A DNA stretch of 64,000 nucleotides from a virus: IMG/VR virus record IMGVR_UViG_3300005436_000501, positions 63,095-127,094 of that record. One strand, given 5' to 3'. The notes below the pieces were generated by a model, which did not search any database, was not told the DNA's origin, and worked only from the letters and a program-made list of their open reading frames with translations. This document shows, in pieces, positions 54,578 to 63,299 of the stretch. A program made the position numbers and the translations under genes. Positions within the stretch are counted from its first letter, which is position 1. Each line of letters begins with the position of its first letter.

Positions 54578-57449
54578 CACGCACCCGCCTTCGGGTCGTC
54601 GCCGTTGTCGAGGATGTACGCCGCGCCGGCCCGCCAGGCGTCGCTGAGCGCCCCGTCGAGGGCTTGGCCGAGCGGGGAGCCCGCAGCGGCCCCCAGGCGC
54701 CGCAGCAGGCCCGCCACGGCCCCACGGCGTGCGCGCTCGGCCTCCGGAGTCCCGGCGGCGTCCACGGCGCCGCAGCGGGCTTGTGGGGCGTCGGGTGTGG
54801 CGACGGGGCGGAGGTGGGTGCGGGTGTCGGGCACCGCACGCAACCGGGCGGCCATCACACGCCCACCGTTCCGCGCAAGGCCTCGGCCGTGTAGAACCCG
54901 GCCATCTGGTCGCCGTCGGCGATCGCGTCATAGGCGAGCAGCGCCATCGCGAGCGGCCGGATCTGGTCGCGGTCCAGGCTGATACTGGTCAGCCCCGCGA
55001 TCAGGTTCAGGCGCGTGCCCTCGCTCGCGCGGGTCAGGAACAGCACGGCCAGGTCCACGGCGTCGGGGCTGGCGTGGCGTTCGCCGAAGTCGAGCTCGAG
55101 GGTGCCGCTGAAGCAGGCGCCGTCGTAGCCGGGGTCGTGGGGGTCCAGCGGGTGGCTGGTGCACCACGCGGCGTGCGGGCCGGGCTGCAGCGGGCTCACG
55201 GCGTCCACGCCCCGGGCAGTTCCTGCCGTGCGCGGTCCAGTGATTCGCCGACGGGGCTGAGCCGTTCGCTCGCCCTGATCAGGTGCGTGGCGATCAGGGC
55301 GCGGGCGGCGGCGTTCAGGCCGGGCACCCGGTGGAGTGTCTCGGTGAGGTGGTCGAGCAGGTCGCCCAGGGCGGTGATCAGGTTGTCGTCGCCGGTGCCG
55401 TTGAGGGTGCGCAGCAGCGCGGCGAGGTCGTCGGGGGTGGCGGGCTGCCAGGTGGCGGCGTCGCGGAGCCTGGTCAGGGCGGGGGCGAGGATCGGGTGGG
55501 GGGTGTGCTCGCTCATCGCGGTCCGTCCCATCCGGCGGCCGAGGCGTTGCTCGACGCGGTGGGCCCGGGGCCGGCCGGGACGGGCCGCAGGAGCGCCTGC
55601 ATCTCGTCGGCCAGGACCCAGCGGGCGCGTTCCCCGTGCGGGCCGTGCGCGGTGATGTGCGCGAGCGCGGGCAGCGCGGTCTCGTCCAGGGCGGTTTCGG
55701 TCACGGTGTGCCAGGCGCCGAACAGCGGCAGCAGGTCCCCGGGCTTGACGTCGCGGGCCGGGACACTGAGCGGCGTGAAACCGGCGGGGTCCACGGCGAC
55801 GGGGGTGTCGGTGTTCATCGCGCTGCTCCGTTCCGGGTGGGGGTGAGCTCGATCGCGAGCCTCGCCCACGCGTACGACTGGGCCAGCGGCCCGCCGGGCA
55901 TCGCCCGGATCTCGGCGATACGCCGCGCGGTTTCCTGCTGGCGGGCGCGGCGGTCCGCGAGGGAGCTTTCCGCGGCGGCGGCCAGAGCCGCGGCGATACC
56001 GGCGGGGACGGGCTGCTGCGGGTTCACCGGGCCACCGCCGCCAGGACCGTGTCGGCGGGCAGGCCGCGGAACTCGGCGACCAGGTTGCGCAGGTCCGCCA
56101 ACTCGAGCGGCGTGAGGGCGTTCAGGAGCCTCACGGCGCGGGTCACGGACGTCGCGCGCTCGGTGAACGCGGCCACGGTGGCGGCGGTCGGCGGGTCCGC
56201 GAGGATCGGGGCGGGCAGCGTCGCCGTGCTCATCGGGCACCTGCCGCGGCGAACTCGAGCAGGCTGCGGACCTGGCGGCGGGTCGGGCGGGCGCCGGAGC
56301 GGCGCAGGGCGTTGCGCAGCCGGGCGAGGTCGGCCTCGCCGTAGCCGCCGACCGCTGCAGTCGCGATCGCGTGCTGGACGCGCTCCAGGGGGCGCGCGGC
56401 GGGCTTGTCGGCGGGGCTGTCGCTGAGGGGTTGTACGGTGGTGGTCACGATCCTGATCCCTCCAAGGTCCGGATCCGGCCCCGTCGCTGCTTGCATCAGT
56501 GGCGGGGCCGCCTGCTATTCGGGGTGGTGCTGCGTGGCCGCCCCGGACTCGAACCGGGAAGTGTGCCGCTCGGCCTGATCGGTCAGTCGGCGTCGCGGCG
56601 GAACTCGGGGCGCCAGCCCTGCTCGAGCGCCTGGCCGGGGGTGGTGTCGACCGGGGTGCGGTGCCCGCCGCGGTCCACGTGGGTGACCGTGGTGGCGTCG
56701 GGGGTCTCGGTGACGGTGAGGATCTCCCCGCGGCGCTGCGGGTGGGAGTGGGTGGTGATGCGGGTCACGGGGTGCTCCTTCGTTCGTCGTCGGCTGGTTC
56801 GGGGGTGGCGCCCCGCCCGGGGGCCCTGGATTTAGCCCCCGGGCGGGTGGTGCTGTCGACTGGTGTTGGCGCATCGGTCGGGTGCCGCGGCGCCGCCTAT
56901 CCGGCGCCGGGACGACTTATGCGGCCTGGTCGGCCGTGGTGGTGGGGCGGGTGGGGCGGTTGCCGAGGACCCAGTCCAGGTAGTCGGCGCCGAGGATCAC
57001 GTCCAGGTCCGCGTCGGTCACGGTGCGGCGGGCGATCGGGCCGTTGCCAGCCAGCGCGTCCCGCAGTGCGTCCGAGCCCTCGGCCTGGTAGCGGCGGGTG
57101 ACGTCGCTGGGGATGTCGCCGGGGTCCGCGGGCGGCGGCAGGACGGGGGCGTCTACGGTGGTCATCGCTCGCAACCGCCCGCGTCCACGGTCTTCTGCGC
57201 GACATCCTGCGCGGTCTCGCACGGTCCGTCGTGGCCGAGGTCGTAGCAGCACCGCTCACCGTTGACGTCGGTCGGGCACTGCGGGTTGTCCGGCTCGTCC
57301 TCGGTGCAGATCTCGCGGAGCCGGGCCATGAACTGTGCGGCGCCGCGGACCTGGGCGCGCTTGGGGCGGTTCGGGCGGTTCGGGTCGTTCTGGCGGGCCA
57401 TCGCGGACTGGTAGGCCATCGGGTCCGACTGGGGGTTGGTCGCGGGCAT
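54577..57449 (-). CDS. Run of about ten small, mostly overlapping hypothetical genes (e.g. 54577-54858, 54855-55208, 55196-55516, 55513-55818, 55815-56027, 56024-56233, 56230-56496, 56583-56762, 56917-57165, 57162-57449)
   Basis: Successive ATGA/GTGA overlaps and RBSs downstream of the Xis-like gene; no recognised domains. Confidence 0.5.
56535..56575 (-). ncRNA. tRNA-like minihelix (acceptor-like stem + T-arm; no D or anticodon arm)
   Basis: GGCCG-AGCGGCACACTT-CCCGG-TTCGAGT-CCGGG-G-CGGCC-A. Confidence 0.45.
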
Positions 57450-57458
57450 CACGGGCTC

Positions 57459-57680
57459 CTAAGCGGCGGCGGGGACGGGGGCGGGCTCGGTCAGGGTGCC
57501 GGCCTCGACTGCGGCCAGGTAGCGCTCGCACTCCGACTCGCGGATGTGGTACTTGCCGCCCGCGACGTGCTGCATCCCCTTGATCCGGCCGGTGCGGATC
57601 AGGTCGCGCACACCGCTTGGACTCTTGCCGAGCACGGGCGCTGCTTCGGTGACGGAGAGCCACCTGTCCGTGTTGGGCAC
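57459..57680 (-). CDS. Excisionase-like HTH protein
   Basis: WLSVTEAAPVLGKSPSGVRDLIRTGRIKG.....GKYHIRESE; RBS AGGAG. Confidence 0.75.
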   Translation of the reverse strand: MPNTDRWLSVTEAAPVLGKSPSGVRDLIRTGRIKGMQHVAGGKYHIRESECERYLAAVEAGTLTEPAPVPAAA

Positions 57681-57724
57681 TGTCGCCCTCCTTCGGTTCT
57701 GTTGGGACTGTTCGGATTGCTTCA

Positions 57725-57753
57725 ACACTACCGCTCTATCATAGAGTCGTCAA
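57725..57753 (-). promoter_or_regulatory. Sigma70-type promoter with palindromic operator in spacer
   Basis: TTGACG-17nt-TAGTGT; CTCTAT-C-ATAGAG at 57734-57746. Confidence 0.65.
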
Positions 57754-57780
57754 TGCTGGTAATCTTTGGAGTGCAAGAAA

Positions 57781-57806
57781 AAGCCCCAGGCACCTGGCCT
57801 GGGGCT
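57781..57806 (-). terminator. Intrinsic terminator after GntR gene
   Basis: AGCCCCAGG-CCAGGTG-CCTGGGGCT followed by a T run on minus strand. Confidence 0.65.
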
Positions 57807-57829
57807 GTGCAACCTCTACGGGAGGAGGG

Positions 57830-58570
57830 CTACTCGTGGACCGGCAGGTCGTACTCCAGCAGGTAGCGGTCTCCGCCGAACACCATCACCAGCGCCTCGA
57901 TCGGAAGCCGTCCGTCCGTGTATGTGACCCGCAGCAGCCGAAGCACGGGGGTGCCGGGCGGCAGCCGCAACTCGCGGGACTCGCTCGCGGTCGGCATACG
58001 CGTCTGCACCCACTCCTTCGCAGGATGGCGGGGAATGTAGCCGAGCCTGCGCAGCGCGGCGAGCGAGCCGCCCTTCAGCCCGCTGGGGGAGTCGAGCTCC
58101 GTCCCGCGTGCGATCTCCACCGGGAAGTACGAGTCGACCAGCTCGATCGGCTTGCCCTTCTCGACCATCAGCCGACTGCGGCGTACCACGCGCACGCCCT
58201 CGTCCAGCCCCAGCTTCTCGGCGACGTCGCTTGGGGGCACCACCTCGGAGATGCCGAGCAGGCGGGAGGGTGCGCGGAATCGGGCGGGCTCGTCCCCCGG
58301 TGGGGGCGACGTGTAGTCGGCCGACCTGCTAACGGTCCGCTCGACGAACCGGACGAACACGCCCTTGCCCTGCTTGGACTCGACGAGGCCGGCGGCCTTC
58401 AGCGCGCGCACCGCGGCCTGGGCGGTGGAGTTCGAGGTGTCGTACTGCTCGATCAGGGCGCTCACGGACGGGAGCGCCTCGCCGGGCTGGATCTCGCCGT
58501 TCTCGATCCGTGCACGCAGGTCGTTGGCGATCTGGACGTAGGCCGGAGTCTCGCCCCCGAGCTCGGACAT
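57830..58570 (-). CDS. GntR/HutC-family regulator with UTRA domain (KorSA/TraR-like)
   Basis: YVQIANDLRARI..GE..PG.ALPS...L...GLV....GKGVFV; MPTASE...L.LP.GTPVL...R. Confidence 0.88.
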   Translation of the reverse strand: MSELGGETPAYVQIANDLRARIENGEIQPGEALPSVSALIEQYDTSNSTAQAAVRALKAAGLVESKQGKGVFVRFVERTVSRSADYTSPPPGDEPARFRAPSRLLGISEVVPPSDVAEKLGLDEGVRVVRRSRLMVEKGKPIELVDSYFPVEIARGTELDSPSGLKGGSLAALRRLGYIPRHPAKEWVQTRMPTASESRELRLPPGTPVLRLLRVTYTDGRLPIEALVMVFGGDRYLLEYDLPVHE

Positions 58571-58722
58571 GACGGCGCTCGCCTTCTTTCGTCACCATGC
58601 TGGCATAGCGCCATTAGCGCTATAGCGCTCTACGCTACACCGGATGTTGCATCAAGTGATCGTTGTGAAATTCACGAGGGCGCAGGCCCCGGGCGGGTAG
58701 CCAAGCGCGCCGGGGTCGCGCC

Positions 58723-59667
58723 ATGACCACACCCACCCTCGGCGCGCTCGCCCTGGTCTACGCCGAACGCGGCTGGCACGTCTTCCCCGTCACCCCCAAC
58801 GGCAAAGCCCCCGCCATCCCCGCCGCACATCCGGCGGGCGACCCGCAGCGCGGCGCCTGCAAGGGCGAGTGCGGGCGGCTCGGCCACGGCCTGTACGACG
58901 CCACGCTCAAACCGGACCAGATCCGCCACTGGTGGGGCTACTGCCCGAACGCCAACATCGGCATCAACGCGGGCGCCTCCGGCCTGGCCGTCCTCGACCT
59001 CGACGCAGGCAAGGACCAGCCCGCCCAAGTGCTGCCCGACCAGGGCGACGAACCTACGCCGCAGGGCGTTCACACCGGCGCGGACGTGCTCGCGTGGCTG
59101 TCCGAACGAGTCGGCGCCCGGATCGAGTTCGACACCTACGCGGTACGCACCCCCTCCGGCGGCGAACACCTCTACTACCGGCAGCCGGACCCGCCGATCG
59201 GCAGCAGCGCGGGGCGCCTGGGCTGGGCGATCGACGTGCGCGGCATCGGAGGCTCCATCATCGCCGCCGGGTCCCGCCGCGACGGACGTGAGTACGTGTT
59301 CGCGGGCAACCCGGACCCGGCGCCGCTGCCCGCGTGGATCGCGAGGCTGCTCGCGCCGAAACCCCGCCCGCCGCGCACCGGGACGCCGCCCGACTTCAGC
59401 GGCGCGAACGGCTCGCGCTACCTGGTCGCCGCGCTGCGCGGGGAGATCGACGCCGTGCTCAAGGCCGCGCCGGGCACCCGTAACGACACCCTGAACCGGG
59501 CCGCGTTCAACCTCGGCCAGGTCGCCGCACAGCGCGGACTCCCGCTGGACGCGGTGCGTGCGATGCTGATCGATGCCGGGCACGAGATCGGGCTGGAGGC
59601 GCACGAAGTCGCCGGTACCGTCGATTCCGGCCTGCGCGCCGGCCAAGCACAGCCGAGGCGCACATGA
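58723..59667 (+). CDS. Bifunctional primase-polymerase
   Basis: GWHVFP...K.P...HG..DAT.....I..WW.....NIGI...LAVLDLD...TPSGGEHLYY...IDVRG.G; GTRNDTLN. Confidence 0.9.
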   Translation: MTTPTLGALALVYAERGWHVFPVTPNGKAPAIPAAHPAGDPQRGACKGECGRLGHGLYDATLKPDQIRHWWGYCPNANIGINAGASGLAVLDLDAGKDQPAQVLPDQGDEPTPQGVHTGADVLAWLSERVGARIEFDTYAVRTPSGGEHLYYRQPDPPIGSSAGRLGWAIDVRGIGGSIIAAGSRRDGREYVFAGNPDPAPLPAWIARLLAPKPRPPRTGTPPDFSGANGSRYLVAALRGEIDAVLKAAPGTRNDTLNRAAFNLGQVAAQRGLPLDAVRAMLIDAGHEIGLEAHEVAGTVDSGLRAGQAQPRRT

Positions 59668-61043
59668 CCGTCACCGCGGACGACCTGATCGCCGAGCACG
59701 CCCCCGGGCTCCTAGACGCGGCCGAGACGGACAAGGAGCCCGCCAAGCGTCCCGGACTACTGCCCGAGGAGTTCTGGGCGGCCCGCGACGTCTTCGGCCA
59801 CATCCGCCGCGCCGCGTACGCCGAGGCCCGCTCCGGCGACGTGCTGTTCTACACGACACTCACCCGGCTCGCCGGAATGCTCGACCACCGCATCAAGATG
59901 CGCACGGGCATCCTCGGCCGGGGATCGATGAACTTCTACACGGCGCTGGTCGGCGCGTCCGGCGCGGGCAAGTCGTCCGGCGCGTCCGGGGCGCGCGAAC
60001 TGATCCCTTCGAACAACCCCGAGTTCCGCGACGGGCTACCGCTGGGTTCCGGCGAGGGAGTCGCCGAGGTCTTCATGGGCGTCGTGGACGAGGACACGGG
60101 CGAGATGCGCAAGGGCGAGCCGGTCACGGCCAAGGTCCGCAAGCAGGTACGACACAACGCGTTCTTCTACGTCGACGAAGGCGAACGGCTGACCCAGCTC
60201 AACTCGCGGCTCGGTACCGTGCTCGCCGAGACGCTGCGCAGCGCCGCGATGGGCGACACGCTCGGGCAGACCAACGCGTCCGAGGACCGCACCCGCTATA
60301 TCGCGCCGGGCAGCTACAGTCTCGGCCTCGTCATCGCCTACCAGCCGACCACGGTCACCGCGCTGCTCGCCGATGGGCACACCGGCAGCCCGCAGCGGTT
60401 CTTCTGGACATGGGCCGAGGACCCATCCATCCCGTTCGACGCGCCGGAGCACCCCGGACCGCTGGCCCTGGACCCGTGCGTGGAGAACGCGCAGCGCAAC
60501 CTCGACATCAGGTTCCCCGCGAGCGTCCAGGAGCTGATCCGCCGGGAACGCGTCCTACGGGGCCAGGGAAAGATCGAGGTCGCCGAACTGGACGGCCACC
60601 ACCGGTTCATGACCGCGAAGATGGCCGCGCTGCTCGCATTGCTCGACGGCCGCTTCGAGGTCGACGAGACGGACTGGGATCTTGCCGAGATGGCGTGGCA
60701 GTCCTCGTGCGCGGTGCGCGATTCCCTCGTACGCCGGGCGAAGCTCGAGTCCGAGGCGGCCCGGGAGCGCGAACAGGATCAGAAGGTGCTGCTCGCGGTG
60801 CGCGCCCACGGCGCCAAGCGCGGAGCCGATCTGCGGCTTGAGCGCATAGCGATCGCGGTGCGGCGCGCGGTGTCGAAGGCGGGGCCGGGCGGGTTGTCGT
60901 TCAACGGCGTGAAGATGGCGATCGCGAGCCGGGACCGGGACGCGCTGGAGGAGTCGATCGACGTCGCCGTCTCGCGGGGCTGGATCTACGAGGACGGCGA
61001 GCGGTTCTGTATCGCGACCGAGTTCGAGAACGCGGACGCGTAG
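59664..61043 (+). CDS. P-loop ATPase/helicase partner of prim-pol (DUF3987-like)
   Basis: NFYTALVGASGAGKS; SGEG; FYVDEG; G.PQRF; ATGA overlap with prim-pol. Confidence 0.75.
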   Translation: MTVTADDLIAEHAPGLLDAAETDKEPAKRPGLLPEEFWAARDVFGHIRRAAYAEARSGDVLFYTTLTRLAGMLDHRIKMRTGILGRGSMNFYTALVGASGAGKSSGASGARELIPSNNPEFRDGLPLGSGEGVAEVFMGVVDEDTGEMRKGEPVTAKVRKQVRHNAFFYVDEGERLTQLNSRLGTVLAETLRSAAMGDTLGQTNASEDRTRYIAPGSYSLGLVIAYQPTTVTALLADGHTGSPQRFFWTWAEDPSIPFDAPEHPGPLALDPCVENAQRNLDIRFPASVQELIRRERVLRGQGKIEVAELDGHHRFMTAKMAALLALLDGRFEVDETDWDLAEMAWQSSCAVRDSLVRRAKLESEAAREREQDQKVLLAVRAHGAKRGADLRLERIAIAVRRAVSKAGPGGLSFNGVKMAIASRDRDALEESIDVAVSRGWIYEDGERFCIATEFENADA

Positions 61044-61050
61044 TTGATCT

Positions 61051-61240
61051 TATGGACATCGGAGGCGGTATGGACGCTATGGACATATGGACGCGCGTCC
61101 ATACCCCCCCTCGCGCGCAGAATTCAGCGCCTCTAGAACTACCAGATACAACAACAAAAAGGACATCTTGTCTTTTCGTGCGCGCGCACGACACGACCCC
61201 TATGGACACATGTCCATATGTCCATAGCGCGTCCATAGTC
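61051..61240. repeat. Iteron-like TATGGAC repeats with AT-rich core (putative origin 2)
   Basis: Direct copies at 61051, 61069, 61078, 61086, 61201; inverted at 61097, 61212, 61220, 61231; central A-rich tract and CGTGCGCGCGCACG palindrome. Confidence 0.7.
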
Positions 61241-61266
61241 CAGAGCATCCGACGAGGAAGCCGATC

Positions 61267-61872
61267 ATGATTGCCGACAGAAGCCTCACGGCCCAGAGCA
61301 CACCCACCGTCACGATCGGCGCCCTAACGGTCGGACAGATCCACTGCCTGCCGGAAAACGACGCGACCTGGGTGCGCACAGGCCCCGGCACAGCGCTCCC
61401 GAGCCGCCTGAACGCCCGATTCGTCGTAGCCGACCCCGCCGTCGACGTCACCATGCGCATCCTCGTGGACGGCAGCGGCAGGCCCGTCGTCGGGAGCCTG
61501 ACCATCGACTGCAAACCCGGCGTCAATGTCTCGATCACCCTCATGAGGCGCCTGCCGGTCGACGCGATGATGCGCGAAGCGCTCAACCGGTCCGCCGTGC
61601 AGCGACCCGAACCGACGCCGGCCGAGGCGCCGAAGTACACACGGTTCAGGCCGGTCGACGAGGACCGGGTCAAGCGCGTCGCGGAGGTCTACCGGCTGGC
61701 GCTCGCCGGCGGCAGCATCGCCCCGACGGAGGTGGTTGCGGCGACGCTCGGCTACTCGAGGGCGACCGCGTCCAGGGATGTGCGGCGCGCCCGGAAGGTC
61801 GGCCTGATACCGCCCCTCGCGGAACTGCGCCTATGCGGGTCCGAGGCGCCGCGAAAGGAGAAGTCCGCGTGA
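61267..61872 (+). CDS. DUF6214-like protein with C-terminal HTH
   Basis: RVAEVYRLA.....APTEVVA...YSRATASR.VRRAR..GLI. Confidence 0.6.
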   Translation: MIADRSLTAQSTPTVTIGALTVGQIHCLPENDATWVRTGPGTALPSRLNARFVVADPAVDVTMRILVDGSGRPVVGSLTIDCKPGVNVSITLMRRLPVDAMMREALNRSAVQRPEPTPAEAPKYTRFRPVDEDRVKRVAEVYRLALAGGSIAPTEVVAATLGYSRATASRDVRRARKVGLIPPLAELRLCGSEAPRKEKSA

Positions 61873-62288
61873 GCGCCGATCGCCCGACGAGGCTCGAAGT
61901 CGAGACCCTGACCGCCGCGCTGGAACGTGGATGGGCTCCGCCGCTGCCCGTCACCGCGCACCTCGACCTCGCCGTGACCGTCCTCGCGTCCATGAGCGGC
62001 GAGGACCAGCGGCCCGAACCGCAGTACGACCAGGACGGCTACCTGGCCGGATGGCACGGCATCGCGCCCGTGCGCCCGCAGGCACCGAAACGGCGCGACA
62101 GCGTGACGCGCAAGCACCTCGAAGAGGTTGCCGAGGTCTACCGCCAAGCCGTCGAGGACGGGGCGGCTCCGACGATGGCCGTGGCCACCAGGTTCAATGC
62201 CTCGCATTCGACGGCAACCCGCTGGGTCGGGATGGCGCGCCACCCGAGAAACCCTGCCGTTTATCCTCGACGTACCTTGACACGATAA
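61869..62288 (+). CDS. Second DUF6214-like HTH protein
   Basis: HLEEVAEVYRQA...GAAPT.AVA.RF..SHSTATRWV..AR; GTGA overlap. Confidence 0.55.
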   Translation: MSADRPTRLEVETLTAALERGWAPPLPVTAHLDLAVTVLASMSGEDQRPEPQYDQDGYLAGWHGIAPVRPQAPKRRDSVTRKHLEEVAEVYRQAVEDGAAPTMAVATRFNASHSTATRWVGMARHPRNPAVYPRRTLTR

Positions 62289-62305
62289 ACTCTGGGGTAT
62301 ATGTT
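62277..62305 (+). promoter_or_regulatory. Sigma70-type promoter
   Basis: TTGACA-17nt-TATGTT. Confidence 0.6.
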
Positions 62306-62344
62306 GGGGGTGTCGGCAGGGAGAACGACCCGAGGGAGACCGCA

Positions 62345-62755
62345 ATGACCGCCACCGCCACAATCGAGCAGACCGCCGGACAGACCTTCACCGCCCACAT
62401 GCTCAAGAACCTCGGCATCGGCTCCCGGACCCGCCTGCGCCAGTCGCTGCGCGAGGACATCCTCGACGCCGTCGTCAACGCCGCCACCATCCCCGGCTAC
62501 TACAGCGAGACCCGCGCCGCCGCCTTCAGCCCCGCCTACGCCGTCGTCAACGGCTACCGCGCCAACTCCGGCGGCAGCAGGATCGACGCGATCGTCGGCT
62601 GGTACTTCCGCGAAGGACTCTCCGCCTACCAGTTCGTGAAGATGCTCGGCCGCATGGTCGACGCGGGCGTCACCACCAGCTACCAGGCCGAGCAGTTCTT
62701 CAGCGGCCTGCGCGACGAGGCCAACGCCGCCTACGCCGCCCGCTACGCCCGCTGA
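62345..62755 (+). CDS. Hypothetical protein
   Basis: RBS GAGGGAG; strong codon bias. Confidence 0.65.
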   Translation: MTATATIEQTAGQTFTAHMLKNLGIGSRTRLRQSLREDILDAVVNAATIPGYYSETRAAAFSPAYAVVNGYRANSGGSRIDAIVGWYFREGLSAYQFVKMLGRMVDAGVTTSYQAEQFFSGLRDEANAAYAARYAR

Positions 62756-62765
62756 GGGGACCGAG

Positions 62766-63299
62766 ATGGCCCACGCGCTCGACACGACCCGCGACGAATG
62801 GCAGGCCGACGCCGCCCGCTCCGTACGCCTGTCCTGCTACCCCTACCAGCGCATCCCCGCCGACCACCCCGTCCACGCCTGGTCGCAGGCGGCGCAGGAC
62901 CTCGGCAAGGACCTGGCCGAGCGCACCCGCGCCGCCCTGACCGATCGGCTGCGCGAGAGCACCGGCCACTACGCCACCGCCGTCCGCTCCCGCCGGCTGA
63001 CGCTCGGCCGTCAGGCTCGGGCGGACGAGTGGGGCGAGGTCGCCGCGACGATCCGCCGCGCACTGAACCACGAACTCGTCAGCACCGACACCGCTGCACT
63101 CACCTACGACCTGCTCGCCCTCGACCGACTGGCGCGCGAGCACACCGCCGCGATCCACGCCCTCGGCGAGCAGCTTACCTCCCAGGCCATCGAACGCGAG
63201 ACCGCGCGCCGCGCCACCGACGACGCGTGGCAGCGGGAACTCAAGCGCCGCGAGGAGATCAAGGCGTACCTGACCGGAAGCACGAGGCTCGCCCGGTGA
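62766..63299 (+). CDS. Hypothetical helical protein
   Basis: RBS GAGGGG. Confidence 0.6.
   Translation: MAHALDTTRDEWQADAARSVRLSCYPYQRIPADHPVHAWSQAAQDLGKDLAERTRAALTDRLRESTGHYATAVRSRRLTLGRQARADEWGEVAATIRRALNHELVSTDTAALTYDLLALDRLAREHTAAIHALGEQLTSQAIERETARRATDDAWQRELKRREEIKAYLTGSTRLAR

Noticed and set aside
56535-56575. Complete tRNA gene
   Set aside because: No D arm, anticodon arm or CCA; kept only as a tRNA-like element
61052-61270. 72-aa ORF and antisense 60901-61248 ORF
   Set aside because: Translations simply reflect TATGGAC repeats; better explained as a non-coding origin-like region
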